64,000 bases of DNA, from positions 1 to 64,000 of the forward strand of contig JBFGJG010000007.1 of assembly GCA_041577295.1 (NCBI GenBank). Direction: 5' to 3'. Under the pieces are notes generated by a model that saw only the letters and a program-made list of their open reading frames with translations, had not been told where the DNA came from and did no database searches. Each line of letters starts with the position of its first letter. The first letter of the stretch is position 1. Below are positions 37,951-46,305 of this stretch, piece after piece. The translations under genes and the position numbers were made by a program. This DNA is from Gemmatimonadales bacterium. Lineage in GTDB: Bacteria; Gemmatimonadota; Gemmatimonadetes; Gemmatimonadales; GWC2-71-9.

Positions 37951-39300
37951 TCAAGGAGGGCTTGATTCGGTTCGCAGCGTGATGAGCAGGGTCTGACCGC
38001 TCCAGGCGGCCTCCCCGTGGCGGAAGACACCGGAGATTCCCGGGCCCGTCAACCTGATGACCGAGTCGGTGGTCAGCTCCGGGCGTTCTGGGAGCCCACT
38101 CACCAATATCTGACGGATTCCGTTGAAGAGTGGATGGCCACCGGCCGCTTCGGTGAGCGCTGTGCGGCCGTCCACTTCAAATGTCCCGTTGACGTTGCCG
38201 AGCTTGATCCAGCGAGCGTGCACCACTTCGCCACGACCGACCACATGCACGTTTGAGGGATCGAACCCCTGGGGAAAGAGTGGCTCGGCCGGATCAGCTC
38301 GTACGCTGACCGACCAACCATCCCGATGCACCGCGCTGTCCCGCAGGCCCGCCAGGCGCACCTGCAGCGCGTTTACAGCGGCCCGGGCCGCCCGTGCCGC
38401 GGCCTGGCGATCCTCGTTGCCAAAGTCACAGCTGGGATGTGGTGCCTTCTCCAGTTCGTGCTGTAAGGCCTCATCGAGCGAAAGCGTATCCCTTTCTTCG
38501 AGCGCCTGCTGCCACCCATCTGAGACGCGATCGAGCAACATGGCCAGCGCCGCTCCCGTTTCGTACGCACGTTCTCGGACGGCATCAGCCGCAAACACGC
38601 TACCGGCGAGGATGTCGTCTCCACCTTCGCCGAGCGCTCGAAGCTGGAGCGCGGTAGCGAGACCCTCCAAAATCTCAGAGCCCCGCTCGTATCCAATCGC
38701 GTGTGTCGGGAGGCGAGCGAAGCGCCGTGAACGACTGTCGAGTGCAGCCTGCGCCCAGCACACCATCGTGCGCCGGTTGGGAGCGTCCAGTGCGCGGCGG
38801 AGCGCCACAGTTTCGAGCTCCCGCAGCGTGAGCGTTTCGACATCATCATGCGGATAGGTGAACAGATCGACCTCGTTGCCTCCCCAGGCGGGATGACGCT
38901 GGCGCTGAAACACGTGAAAGGTCTCGTGCACCAGCACGGAGGCCCAACCCTCAGCGGATCCGGTGTCCGCCGTCAGCAAGAGCGTTGCCGTCGGCACACC
39001 TGCGAACTCGACGCTCGTGTTGGCACGCACCAAATCGTGCTTTCCCAGCATGACCAGTGCTTTGCCGACCGCGGGGCGGAACTCGGCCGGTGGTTGAGGG
39101 TGCCGAAAGAGCCAGGTCCGGTGACCATCATGGATGAGAAGTGGAATCGATGTCGGTGTGAATCCCGGCCACAGCGGCTGTTGCGTCAGGCGGTCAAACG
39201 CCTCGACGACGGCCGGGGCAGTGAGTAGTTGCTGGGCGGCGACGCTCTCGAAAGAGCTATTCAGCACTAGAGCTGTGAGGATAACCGCCGGTGTGCGCAT
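37951..39300 (-). CDS. Secreted putative zinc metalloprotease (HExxH)
   Basis: Signal peptide; LVHETFHVFQ plus downstream EILEGLA (gluzincin-like third ligand). Confidence 0.7.
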   Translation of the reverse strand: MRTPAVILTALVLNSSFESVAAQQLLTAPAVVEAFDRLTQQPLWPGFTPTSIPLLIHDGHRTWLFRHPQPPAEFRPAVGKALVMLGKHDLVRANTSVEFAGVPTATLLLTADTGSAEGWASVLVHETFHVFQRQRHPAWGGNEVDLFTYPHDDVETLTLRELETVALRRALDAPNRRTMVCWAQAALDSRSRRFARLPTHAIGYERGSEILEGLATALQLRALGEGGDDILAGSVFAADAVRERAYETGAALAMLLDRVSDGWQQALEERDTLSLDEALQHELEKAPHPSCDFGNEDRQAAARAARAAVNALQVRLAGLRDSAVHRDGWSVSVRADPAEPLFPQGFDPSNVHVVGRGEVVHARWIKLGNVNGTFEVDGRTALTEAAGGHPLFNGIRQILVSGLPERPELTTDSVIRLTGPGISGVFRHGEAAWSGQTLLITLRTESSPP

Positions 39301-39499
39301 GAACGCATGATCAGTTAGCAGTGGGCTGTACGCATGAACCCGCTTTCCTCAGACGATGCTCGAGCGAATGGGAGAGTCGCAACCGCCGCTCCGCCACTGC
39401 CAGAGCCCCGACGATTCGTCCACGGGGCCGACGCGGCGCTCTCCCAGGCCGGGCACCGGCGCCACTGACGCCCGCTTCGGCGCCCCACGCGACGATCCA

Positions 39500-39520
39500 C
39501 TACTCCCTACTCCCTACTCT
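39500..39520 (-). repeat. Heptamer tandem repeat (AGAGTAG-GGAGTAG-GGAGTAG on the minus strand)
   Basis: CTACTCC CTACTCC CTACTCT on the plus strand; contains the cbiX stop codon. Confidence 0.7.
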
Positions 39521-39891
39521 CCCCTCACCGCCTCCCGGCATCGCTCCCAGATGATCTCGGCGATCTTCTGGTGGGCGCCGAGCGGCGCAGTCACCGTGTG
39601 TCGCACGCCGGGGTGCGATTGCGCGGCCTCGGCAGCGAGCCTCGGCACGTCGACCGTGGCGTGTTGGCCCGGCGCAAGCATGAGCGGTTGGACAACGATC
39701 TCTCGAGCGCCGGCGGCGACCAACCGAGCGAAACCTTCCGCGATGGTTGGCTCGGCGAATTCCATGTGGGCGAATTCCACCAGCGTTTCTGGCGGAGCCA
39801 TGCGCTTGACGATACCGACGAGCTCACGCACGGTCACGTCCGCTCCGGGCCGTCGACTCCCGTGATCGACGATGAGAATCGCGGTCGTCAC
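39514..39891 (-). CDS. cbiX: Single-domain CbiX(S)/SirB-type chelatase
   Basis: ILIVDHGSRR, AHMEFAEPTI, PLMLAPGQH...DVP, PLGAH. GTG 39891 overlaps the ctaG stop. Confidence 0.85.
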   Translation of the reverse strand: MTTAILIVDHGSRRPGADVTVRELVGIVKRMAPPETLVEFAHMEFAEPTIAEGFARLVAAGAREIVVQPLMLAPGQHATVDVPRLAAEAAQSHPGVRHTVTAPLGAHQKIAEIIWERCREAVRGE

Positions 39892-40742
39892 AGGCGAGGT
39901 GTGGTTGCGGGGATCGCAAGGGCGCCCGAATCCGCGTCGCCTTCGCGATGATGCCACTTGAAGAACAGCACACTCGCTGTGACAAAGATGATCATGCCCC
40001 CGACAATCTTCATGGTGAGCCCGGCGATCTGCTGGTCGGTCGTCGCAGAGATGCCGCCAACGCGGGGAGCGAGCTCGTACAGGGCGTAGATGGGGTAATC
40101 TGAAAACGTCAGGAACGATGCAGGTACCGTTGGAATGAACACGTTGAGCACCAAGTAGAGAATTCGCGCGGGGTAGGAAAGCGAGCCGAGTTCTGGCAGG
40201 GGTGCCAGCACCGGCCACCAGAACACGATTCCTGAACCGAGCCAAGCCATATCTCTGACAAACGAGCCGAGCTGGGTGGCGCCCAGCGTATCTACGACCA
40301 CCGGCAAGTGCGTCCCGAGCATCACCACATTGAACACGACAAACGCCGGTAGCGGTCGCGTCAACACTCGCGCAGCAGCCCAGACCGAACGCGAGCCAAG
40401 CACACGACGAAGCACACTTTGGGGAGTCCCGGCAATGAGGAGCGGTGGCGCGATCAGGGCGAAGAGGAGGTACTGCACGGTGTGTACGCTTACCAGATAG
40501 CCGGCGCCGAGCGCTCCCACGGGCCAGTCAGCGGCCACCCAAAGCGTCAAGACACCTGAGAGGAATAGCGCAATGTGGCGGCGTCCCAGTCCTTGTGCCT
40601 CCCTGGCGATCGGGTCGGTCCCCCAACGCGCATTTGCCACGATCCAGCCTGCTAGCACCAGCAGAACAAACAACCACACTCCTGGATATGGCTGCCAGGT
40701 CCAATCCCACGGCCTTCCTTGTGCCGCGCACCACCAGTTCAT
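39888..40742 (-). CDS. ctaG: Cytochrome c oxidase assembly factor, caa3-type CtaG
   Basis: YLVSVHTVQYLLFALIAPPLLIAGTP, FWWPV, DQQIAGLTMK; multi-TM. Confidence 0.85.
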   Translation of the reverse strand: MNWWCAAQGRPWDWTWQPYPGVWLFVLLVLAGWIVANARWGTDPIAREAQGLGRRHIALFLSGVLTLWVAADWPVGALGAGYLVSVHTVQYLLFALIAPPLLIAGTPQSVLRRVLGSRSVWAAARVLTRPLPAFVVFNVVMLGTHLPVVVDTLGATQLGSFVRDMAWLGSGIVFWWPVLAPLPELGSLSYPARILYLVLNVFIPTVPASFLTFSDYPIYALYELAPRVGGISATTDQQIAGLTMKIVGGMIIFVTASVLFFKWHHREGDADSGALAIPATTPRL

Positions 40743-40809
40743 TTGCTCGGTTCCGTTCGCGTTTTTGCGGGTGCTTGGGAAGGAAGTTCGCTCGGCACCG
40801 CAAGCCAGA

Positions 40810-41886
40810 CTAGTAGGTGGCCCAGTTGTCTACCCAGGCGTTGTTGATCGGCGTGAAGCCGTTGAGCGCACGCAATGCGTCTGCAACGTGGCAGGAGTCA
40901 TACCATATGCGTATAGTGGTCGCGCCGATGTCACCTCGTGGTGGATTGGGGCTCGTGAGCTCGTCGAGCCCACTCACGACGATTCCACGGATGAAGTTCG
41001 TGTTGGCGCTGAACCGAATCTCGCCTCCCACCAGAATGATTCCGTGCCAATTGACCGATGCTCCTTGCAGGATCAGATCGCCGGTGACGATCAACAGTCC
41101 TGACCCCCACGTGTTGGTCAGGACGAGGTTTCCCATAATCAGTTGTGATGTCCAGTTCCAATTCCCGAGGTTGGGGCTGGTGTATTCGGGTTCGAAGCCA
41201 CCACTCTCGATCATCGCCCAATCGATCGCGGTTTCGGACGCAACCGCTGTCCCACTGCCAGCTTCCCAGACACTTTGGGTGTCCGGTGGAGGTGAGGCAG
41301 GGGTAATCCCTCGAATGTCGGAATCGGGGATTGGGTCGGGTAGCGGGCCGAACGGCGCTCGAAGTCCCCACTTGGCTGGGCCCGGCGTCGCACACTGATC
41401 CAGTCCCCAAATCTCGATGAAGCCGTTTGGGATCTTTCGGACCCCGTTGGCGGCGGTGAACACTGCTCGCAGGGAGTCAACGGTCGCGGTTTGCCATTGC
41501 GCGAACTGCGCCACGCGCCTGATCGCCTGAGGCTCCGATCCTTCCGTGGGCTCGATGACCCTGCCCGTCGATCGCACGATGTACATCTGATTGGCGAGCG
41601 AATCGGCTGGTCGTTGCATGACGTGCGCGATCACGTCGGCGTAACCGCCCGTCACGTTGATACGTAGCGAGTCTCCATCGACCGGCCGAACGCCCACCGA
41701 GTCGTAATGCGCGAAGTAGCGTTGCAGCCCGCTGTGAGCGATTGCGAGCGCATCAACCGTGGCGCCACTGCTTTCTGCGAGCTTTCGATCCGTAGACACG
41801 CGAACGAAGATCGCGGCCAACATGATCGTCACCAGTGTGACGATGAAGATCGTGATCGGCAGCGCGAAACCCCGGTCGTTGCGCAA
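40810..41886 (-). CDS. PilX/GspK-like minor pilin
   Basis: Prepilin site RG|FALPI lacking Glu5; ALAIAHSGL; VRSTG. Confidence 0.8.
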   Translation of the reverse strand: MRNDRGFALPITIFIVTLVTIMLAAIFVRVSTDRKLAESSGATVDALAIAHSGLQRYFAHYDSVGVRPVDGDSLRINVTGGYADVIAHVMQRPADSLANQMYIVRSTGRVIEPTEGSEPQAIRRVAQFAQWQTATVDSLRAVFTAANGVRKIPNGFIEIWGLDQCATPGPAKWGLRAPFGPLPDPIPDSDIRGITPASPPPDTQSVWEAGSGTAVASETAIDWAMIESGGFEPEYTSPNLGNWNWTSQLIMGNLVLTNTWGSGLLIVTGDLILQGASVNWHGIILVGGEIRFSANTNFIRGIVVSGLDELTSPNPPRGDIGATTIRIWYDSCHVADALRALNGFTPINNAWVDNWATY

Positions 41887-42711
41887 CTAATTCACCTTGT
41901 TGAGGAACGTCACTTGGGTAGAAAGGCTAAACGTCTGTGGACCAGGGTCACCCCGTGGGGTGTGCTCGCTCGCACCGACTAGACGCAGCTCCACTCCGCG
42001 AATCGCGGCGATCCCGCCAGGTGGGGGGCAGTTGAAGCGTTGGAGCGCCGGGCCCACGAGACATCGAAATCCTGCCGCAGAGTCGAACGGAGCGACCAAT
42101 TCTTCGCTCGGGTTCGTTCCGGCGCGCCGCCAGAGTCCGATGCGACCGGGCATCATCGTGGAAGGGCCGAAGCGGTAGGTGATGTTTTGATAGAGATAGA
42201 TGAGGGTTCCCGGTGCAGGGGTTTGGAAACCGGGAATGCCCGATATCGCAACCAAGCTCCCGCCCGTTACCACCCGAATGCTGTCAGCCGCGCACGTGGC
42301 CGTGTCAGTGGACGGGGTGACGGAGACGCCCGTAGTGAAGGCGTAGCTCGTGCCGTTGCGACGGGCGATCCCGCTGGGTGAAGCGTTGGCATTCATCAGC
42401 GAATCTGGAGGCGTGAGGGACGCGATGACGGACCCACCCGACTGCTGGCAGGCCACGCCGAACACGTACGGCATACGGAATCGCACGCTATCGTTGGATG
42501 TCGCGATGATTCCGCCGTCCGATACCATTCTCAGCTCGTCCGCGATGGTGTTGATCGCGGCTCTCGCTGCCTGACGGGCACTCATCATCGCGTCCTGCCG
42601 ACTCACGAATCGTGAGTCATCGACGAGCAGCCGCGTGAGCACGGTGCCGAGAATGGCGAGGACCACCGTCGCGATGATCAACTCGGTGAGCGTGAACCCT
42701 CGGGAACTCAA
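41887..42711 (-). CDS. PilW-like minor pilin
   Basis: SRG|FTLTELII N-methylation motif. TTG 42711 overlaps the upstream stop. Confidence 0.82.
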   Translation of the reverse strand: MSSRGFTLTELIIATVVLAILGTVLTRLLVDDSRFVSRQDAMMSARQAARAAINTIADELRMVSDGGIIATSNDSVRFRMPYVFGVACQQSGGSVIASLTPPDSLMNANASPSGIARRNGTSYAFTTGVSVTPSTDTATCAADSIRVVTGGSLVAISGIPGFQTPAPGTLIYLYQNITYRFGPSTMMPGRIGLWRRAGTNPSEELVAPFDSAAGFRCLVGPALQRFNCPPPGGIAAIRGVELRLVGASEHTPRGDPGPQTFSLSTQVTFLNKVN

Positions 42712-43139
42712 TTTGCGTTGAAGGGCGACGGGGATCGGGTTCGGTTGCGATCGACCACTACCGTATCCGGTGTGGCCATGAGGTTTCCGATGGGGGAGAT
42801 GATGACGCGGATCTGCTGATACCGGGGTGCGTTCACGGGAAGTTCGACGCACTGCGTATAGAGGAGCTGCCCCGTCGAGAGGCTATCGACACACCCCACC
42901 GCGGTTGGTGCACTGTCCCACGGAAGCGCGCGACTCCATGCCTCGGCGCTGATCACTGCGGAGCTGCGATAGGCGACGGCCGCGGCCTGACGCGTGTGTC
43001 GTGCCGATTGAAACATGAGCCCGCCGAGTCCCATCAAGACCACACTCAGGATGCTGAGTGCGAGCATGATCTCGATGAGCGACACGCCGGCGTTGCCGGC
43101 GCGAACCCTACCCGCTGGTAATCCGGATCTGTCCTGCAC
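42708..43139 (-). CDS. PilV-like minor pilin
   Basis: AG|VSLIEIML motif. Confidence 0.8.
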   Translation of the reverse strand: MQDRSGLPAGRVRAGNAGVSLIEIMLALSILSVVLMGLGGLMFQSARHTRQAAAVAYRSSAVISAEAWSRALPWDSAPTAVGCVDSLSTGQLLYTQCVELPVNAPRYQQIRVIISPIGNLMATPDTVVVDRNRTRSPSPFNAN

Positions 43140-43584
43140 GGGTCAGTCGTACCTCACGATCGTATCCCTTCAACTGGACCCGAAACGTGGTAGTCTGCCG
43201 GGCTACACCAGTCGGGAATACTTCGATACTGCTCGGTGATGCAGAAAGCGAGTCCAGCTGAAAATCCGTGTCCTCTCCAAGGAACCGTTCTCGGAAGACC
43301 TGGGTCGTTGCGCGATCGCGAATCGTATAGCTCCTGAGCGAAGGAGATACGATCACCACAACCGGTCTTCGTTGTCGTGCCGCCATGAGCTGTGCGTATT
43401 GCAGGTCGGCCGCGAGCGTCCACGCCGCGCGATTGACGCGCGCCTGGAGCAGACCCGGCCCCATGCGCCAATACGCGAGCGACGTAAGGATGCCCACGAT
43501 GGCGATGACCATCGCCAGCTCGATGAACGTGTAGCCGCGTTTGCGCGTTCGCGAAGCAAGAGCCAACGAGGAAACCGTCACCAT
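43108..43584 (-). CDS. FimT/GspH-like minor pilin
   Basis: KRG|YTFIELAMVIAIVGIL, LAADLQYAQLMA, FPTG, RAGQIR. Confidence 0.85.
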   Translation of the reverse strand: MVTVSSLALASRTRKRGYTFIELAMVIAIVGILTSLAYWRMGPGLLQARVNRAAWTLAADLQYAQLMAARQRRPVVVIVSPSLRSYTIRDRATTQVFRERFLGEDTDFQLDSLSASPSSIEVFPTGVARQTTTFRVQLKGYDREVRLTRAGQIRITSG

Positions 43585-43600
43585 TGAATAATAGACCAAA

Positions 43601-43631
43601 CGCCGCACCGAGGTAATACCTCGGGGCGGCG
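43601..43631. promoter_or_regulatory. Near-perfect 31-bp inverted repeat upstream of the pilin operon
   Basis: CGCCGC-A-CCGAGGT-aat-ACCTCGG-G-GCGGCG. Confidence 0.55.
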
Positions 43632-43790
43632 CGTTGAACCCGTTGTCCTTTTGTAGCTTACAGCGTCGAGGGCCGTCGTCCGAAGCCCCGGCTCACGTGA
43701 GCCCCTTCGTGGCCAGGATCGGGCGGCGCCCCCGACGTGTTTCCGACGTAGTACCATGCCCGCGCCGGCGCCCCCCCGCCGTGATCACGG

Positions 43791-45014
43791 TCACATGAGC
43801 CCGCGGAGTTCGAAGCCCGGGTCGGCCAACTGCGGTGCTGCAGCCGCGAGGGCGACGTGTCGCTTGATCAACTTCTTGAGCGGGGAAAACTCTCGTTTGT
43901 TTCCGTTGACCGAAAAGTAGGCCGTAAGCCGGTCATCCTTGAGTAAGAGGACCGTGAACGCTCCCGACTCGACGGATCCACGGACGATGGAACGGTCGTA
44001 GTCACTTTCATCGCCCGCAAACTCCAGATGCAAGTCGAAAACGTCCGACCATACATAGCTCAACAACTCGTACTCGCGATCCCCACCTGCCATGTTCTGT
44101 CCTGCAATCTGTCCCGAGTACTCTGCGTGTCCCCAATGTTCGACGCGACGGCGCTTCGCAAATACTGGGTCGGGAAAGTTGGCGATGTCACCCGCCGCGA
44201 GGACGTGGGGCTGTGAGGTACGAAGGTGTGAGTCGACGAGCACCCCATCCCCCACACCCAATCCAGCGCTTTGCGCCAGCTCGACGTTGGGCTCGATGCC
44301 AATGGCGATCAATACTGCGTCACACTCTATCTCCAGACCTTCGCGCGTAACGACACGCTCCACGGCGTTGCTGCCACGGATCTCGACGAGCGTGTCGTTC
44401 ATGTGAAACATCACGCCACGATTTCGACAGTACTCCTGAAAGAAGTCACTAAGAGTCTCGTCGACAAACCGTGCCCAAACGCGCGGTGCTGACTCTACGA
44501 CCGTGACCTTTACCCCGCGGGTCCGCAGACTCGCCGCTGCCTCGAGACCGATGAAACCTGCACCCACGATAACAACGTCGTCTGCCTCGCCGTACACTGA
44601 GAGCGCCTGGGCGTCATCGACCGTGCGAAGGTAATGGACCCCAGCAAGTCGCTCGCCGGGAATGCCCAGCACCCGCGGCCGGCCACCGGTGGCAAGCAGA
44701 GCTTGCTCGAATCGGATCCGCCTGCCGTCAGCGAGCACCGCCTCATGGGCCTCGGGATCGAGTTCGACCACGGGGCAGCCGAGCACGAGCTCGACTCCCT
44801 GTGCCTCGAGCTCTTCTGGTTGCACGTACGTCAGCTCGTCGCGTGACGTCTCACCCCGCAGGAACTCCTTGGAAAGAGGGGGCCGGTCGTACGGCACGTG
44901 AGGTTCCTCGCTCACCAGAACGAGGTTCCCCTTGGCTCCCTGGCGCCGTAGCTGCTTGGCTGCTTGGCTGGCGGCGAGTCCGCCGCCAATCAACAAGTAT
45001 CTGATGTGGGGCAT
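43791..45014 (-). CDS. FAD-dependent NAD(P)H oxidoreductase (ferredoxin reductase-like)
   Basis: GGGLAA, PYDRPPLSK, ATGG, GAGFIGLE, AAGDIA, RVEHW, WSD. Confidence 0.92.
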   Translation of the reverse strand: MPHIRYLLIGGGLAASQAAKQLRRQGAKGNLVLVSEEPHVPYDRPPLSKEFLRGETSRDELTYVQPEELEAQGVELVLGCPVVELDPEAHEAVLADGRRIRFEQALLATGGRPRVLGIPGERLAGVHYLRTVDDAQALSVYGEADDVVIVGAGFIGLEAAASLRTRGVKVTVVESAPRVWARFVDETLSDFFQEYCRNRGVMFHMNDTLVEIRGSNAVERVVTREGLEIECDAVLIAIGIEPNVELAQSAGLGVGDGVLVDSHLRTSQPHVLAAGDIANFPDPVFAKRRRVEHWGHAEYSGQIAGQNMAGGDREYELLSYVWSDVFDLHLEFAGDESDYDRSIVRGSVESGAFTVLLLKDDRLTAYFSVNGNKREFSPLKKLIKRHVALAAAAPQLADPGFELRGLM

Positions 45015-45047
45015 TGAGACGTCGACCCGTTTCCGAGACGCGTCACA

Positions 45048-45566
45048 TCAGTGACGATGCGTGGTACCGTACCCGCGTGCTTCGTCGTACGCGGCGACCT
45101 GCGCGGGCGTCAATGACTCGCGCACGCGGAGGTGCGCTTGGAGGTGCGTAATACGCAACGCACCGTTCAAGCTTGCGATGCGTTGTACGAGTCTCATGAG
45201 CGAACTGTCCCGTATATCGCCACTGGCGAACAGCCCGTCGAGTGCGCGCTCTTCCTCGACAATCTGCTTCCCAAGCGTCGAGGCGTTTTCGCTCATTTCG
45301 CGGAAGATGGCTTCGACCCTTGCAAGCTGATCCTGCGTCAGACCAAGCGTCGTCGCGAGGTCGATGACGTGCTTCGGACCGGGGTAGTGGTTGAGCTCGG
45401 CAGCCATGGCGAACCCCATACCGTCACCCGCGAGGTATGCCGCAATGTCCTCGGGTGACAGCGCCTTGACGTCACGATGCTCGTGACCGGCATAGGGAGA
45501 GACCTGTGCCAGGGCGGGTCCCGACGGCAGCAAGCAAACAGTTAGGAAGATGAGGCACGTGCGCAT
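45048..45566 (-). CDS. Periplasmic Spy/CpxP-like (heavy-metal sensor-type) protein
   Basis: Signal peptide from ATG 45566; GMGFAMAAELNHYPGPKHV; LTQDQ and LTPAQ motifs; His-containing ends. Confidence 0.75.
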   Translation of the reverse strand: MRTCLIFLTVCLLPSGPALAQVSPYAGHEHRDVKALSPEDIAAYLAGDGMGFAMAAELNHYPGPKHVIDLATTLGLTQDQLARVEAIFREMSENASTLGKQIVEEERALDGLFASGDIRDSSLMRLVQRIASLNGALRITHLQAHLRVRESLTPAQVAAYDEARGYGTTHRH

Positions 45567-45717
45567 GATCCCTCTCAGCCGGATGTGATGCACTGGGTAT
45601 GTTGTTGGGCAATATAGAAGACCCGCGCCATCCATGACTGAGGGAGTGGTAGGTGCCCTGGCGGCTAACTACATTTCCGTTTCCACAGAGCACACCCGTC
45701 GCAGGAAAGGTGAGACG

Positions 45718-46305
45718 ATGTACGCTTCTATCGTGACGATTCTTCTACCGTTTTCCGTGATGGCGGCCCCGGTTGGTTTGGTTCCGGCGATCGCAGCAGA
45801 CACCAGTTGCATCGTGATGAACGCCAATCTCGACACCCGCCGCAGCCCGTTGGACTCGCTAACGTTCATGGTTCAGGGAAGTCCGGTCAAAGTCTGTTAC
45901 GGACGCCCATCTGCCCGCGGTCGGACCATGATTGGTGGGTCGTCCGTCCCCTTCGGCAAGATCTGGCGCACGGGAGCCAACGAGCCAACAATGCTCCACA
46001 CTGCCATTCCGCTCGACATCGGTGGTGTGCGTGTCGGGCCCGGGACGTACTCGGTATACACCGTTCCCGGTGAAACAACGTGGCAGATCGTTCTCAACAG
46101 CTCGATCACGCAGTGGGGTCACGAGCGAAATTACACCGGTGACGTTGCCGCCCAAGAGATCGGTCGGGCATCCGCGCCCAGTGACCGCGTTCAAGGCCAC
46201 GTGGAAACCTTTACGATGCGCGCAGAGCCCTCGAGCGACGGCAGTGCCACGCTCATCATGGAGTGGGAGCACACCACGGTGAAGGTGCCTTTCAAGAAGG
46301 GATAG
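45718..46305 (+). CDS. DUF2911 family secreted protein
   Basis: YGRPSARGR, VPFGKIWRTGANEPT, GTYSVYTVP, WEHT; RBS before ATG 45718. Confidence 0.85.
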   Translation: MYASIVTILLPFSVMAAPVGLVPAIAADTSCIVMNANLDTRRSPLDSLTFMVQGSPVKVCYGRPSARGRTMIGGSSVPFGKIWRTGANEPTMLHTAIPLDIGGVRVGPGTYSVYTVPGETTWQIVLNSSITQWGHERNYTGDVAAQEIGRASAPSDRVQGHVETFTMRAEPSSDGSATLIMEWEHTTVKVPFKKG

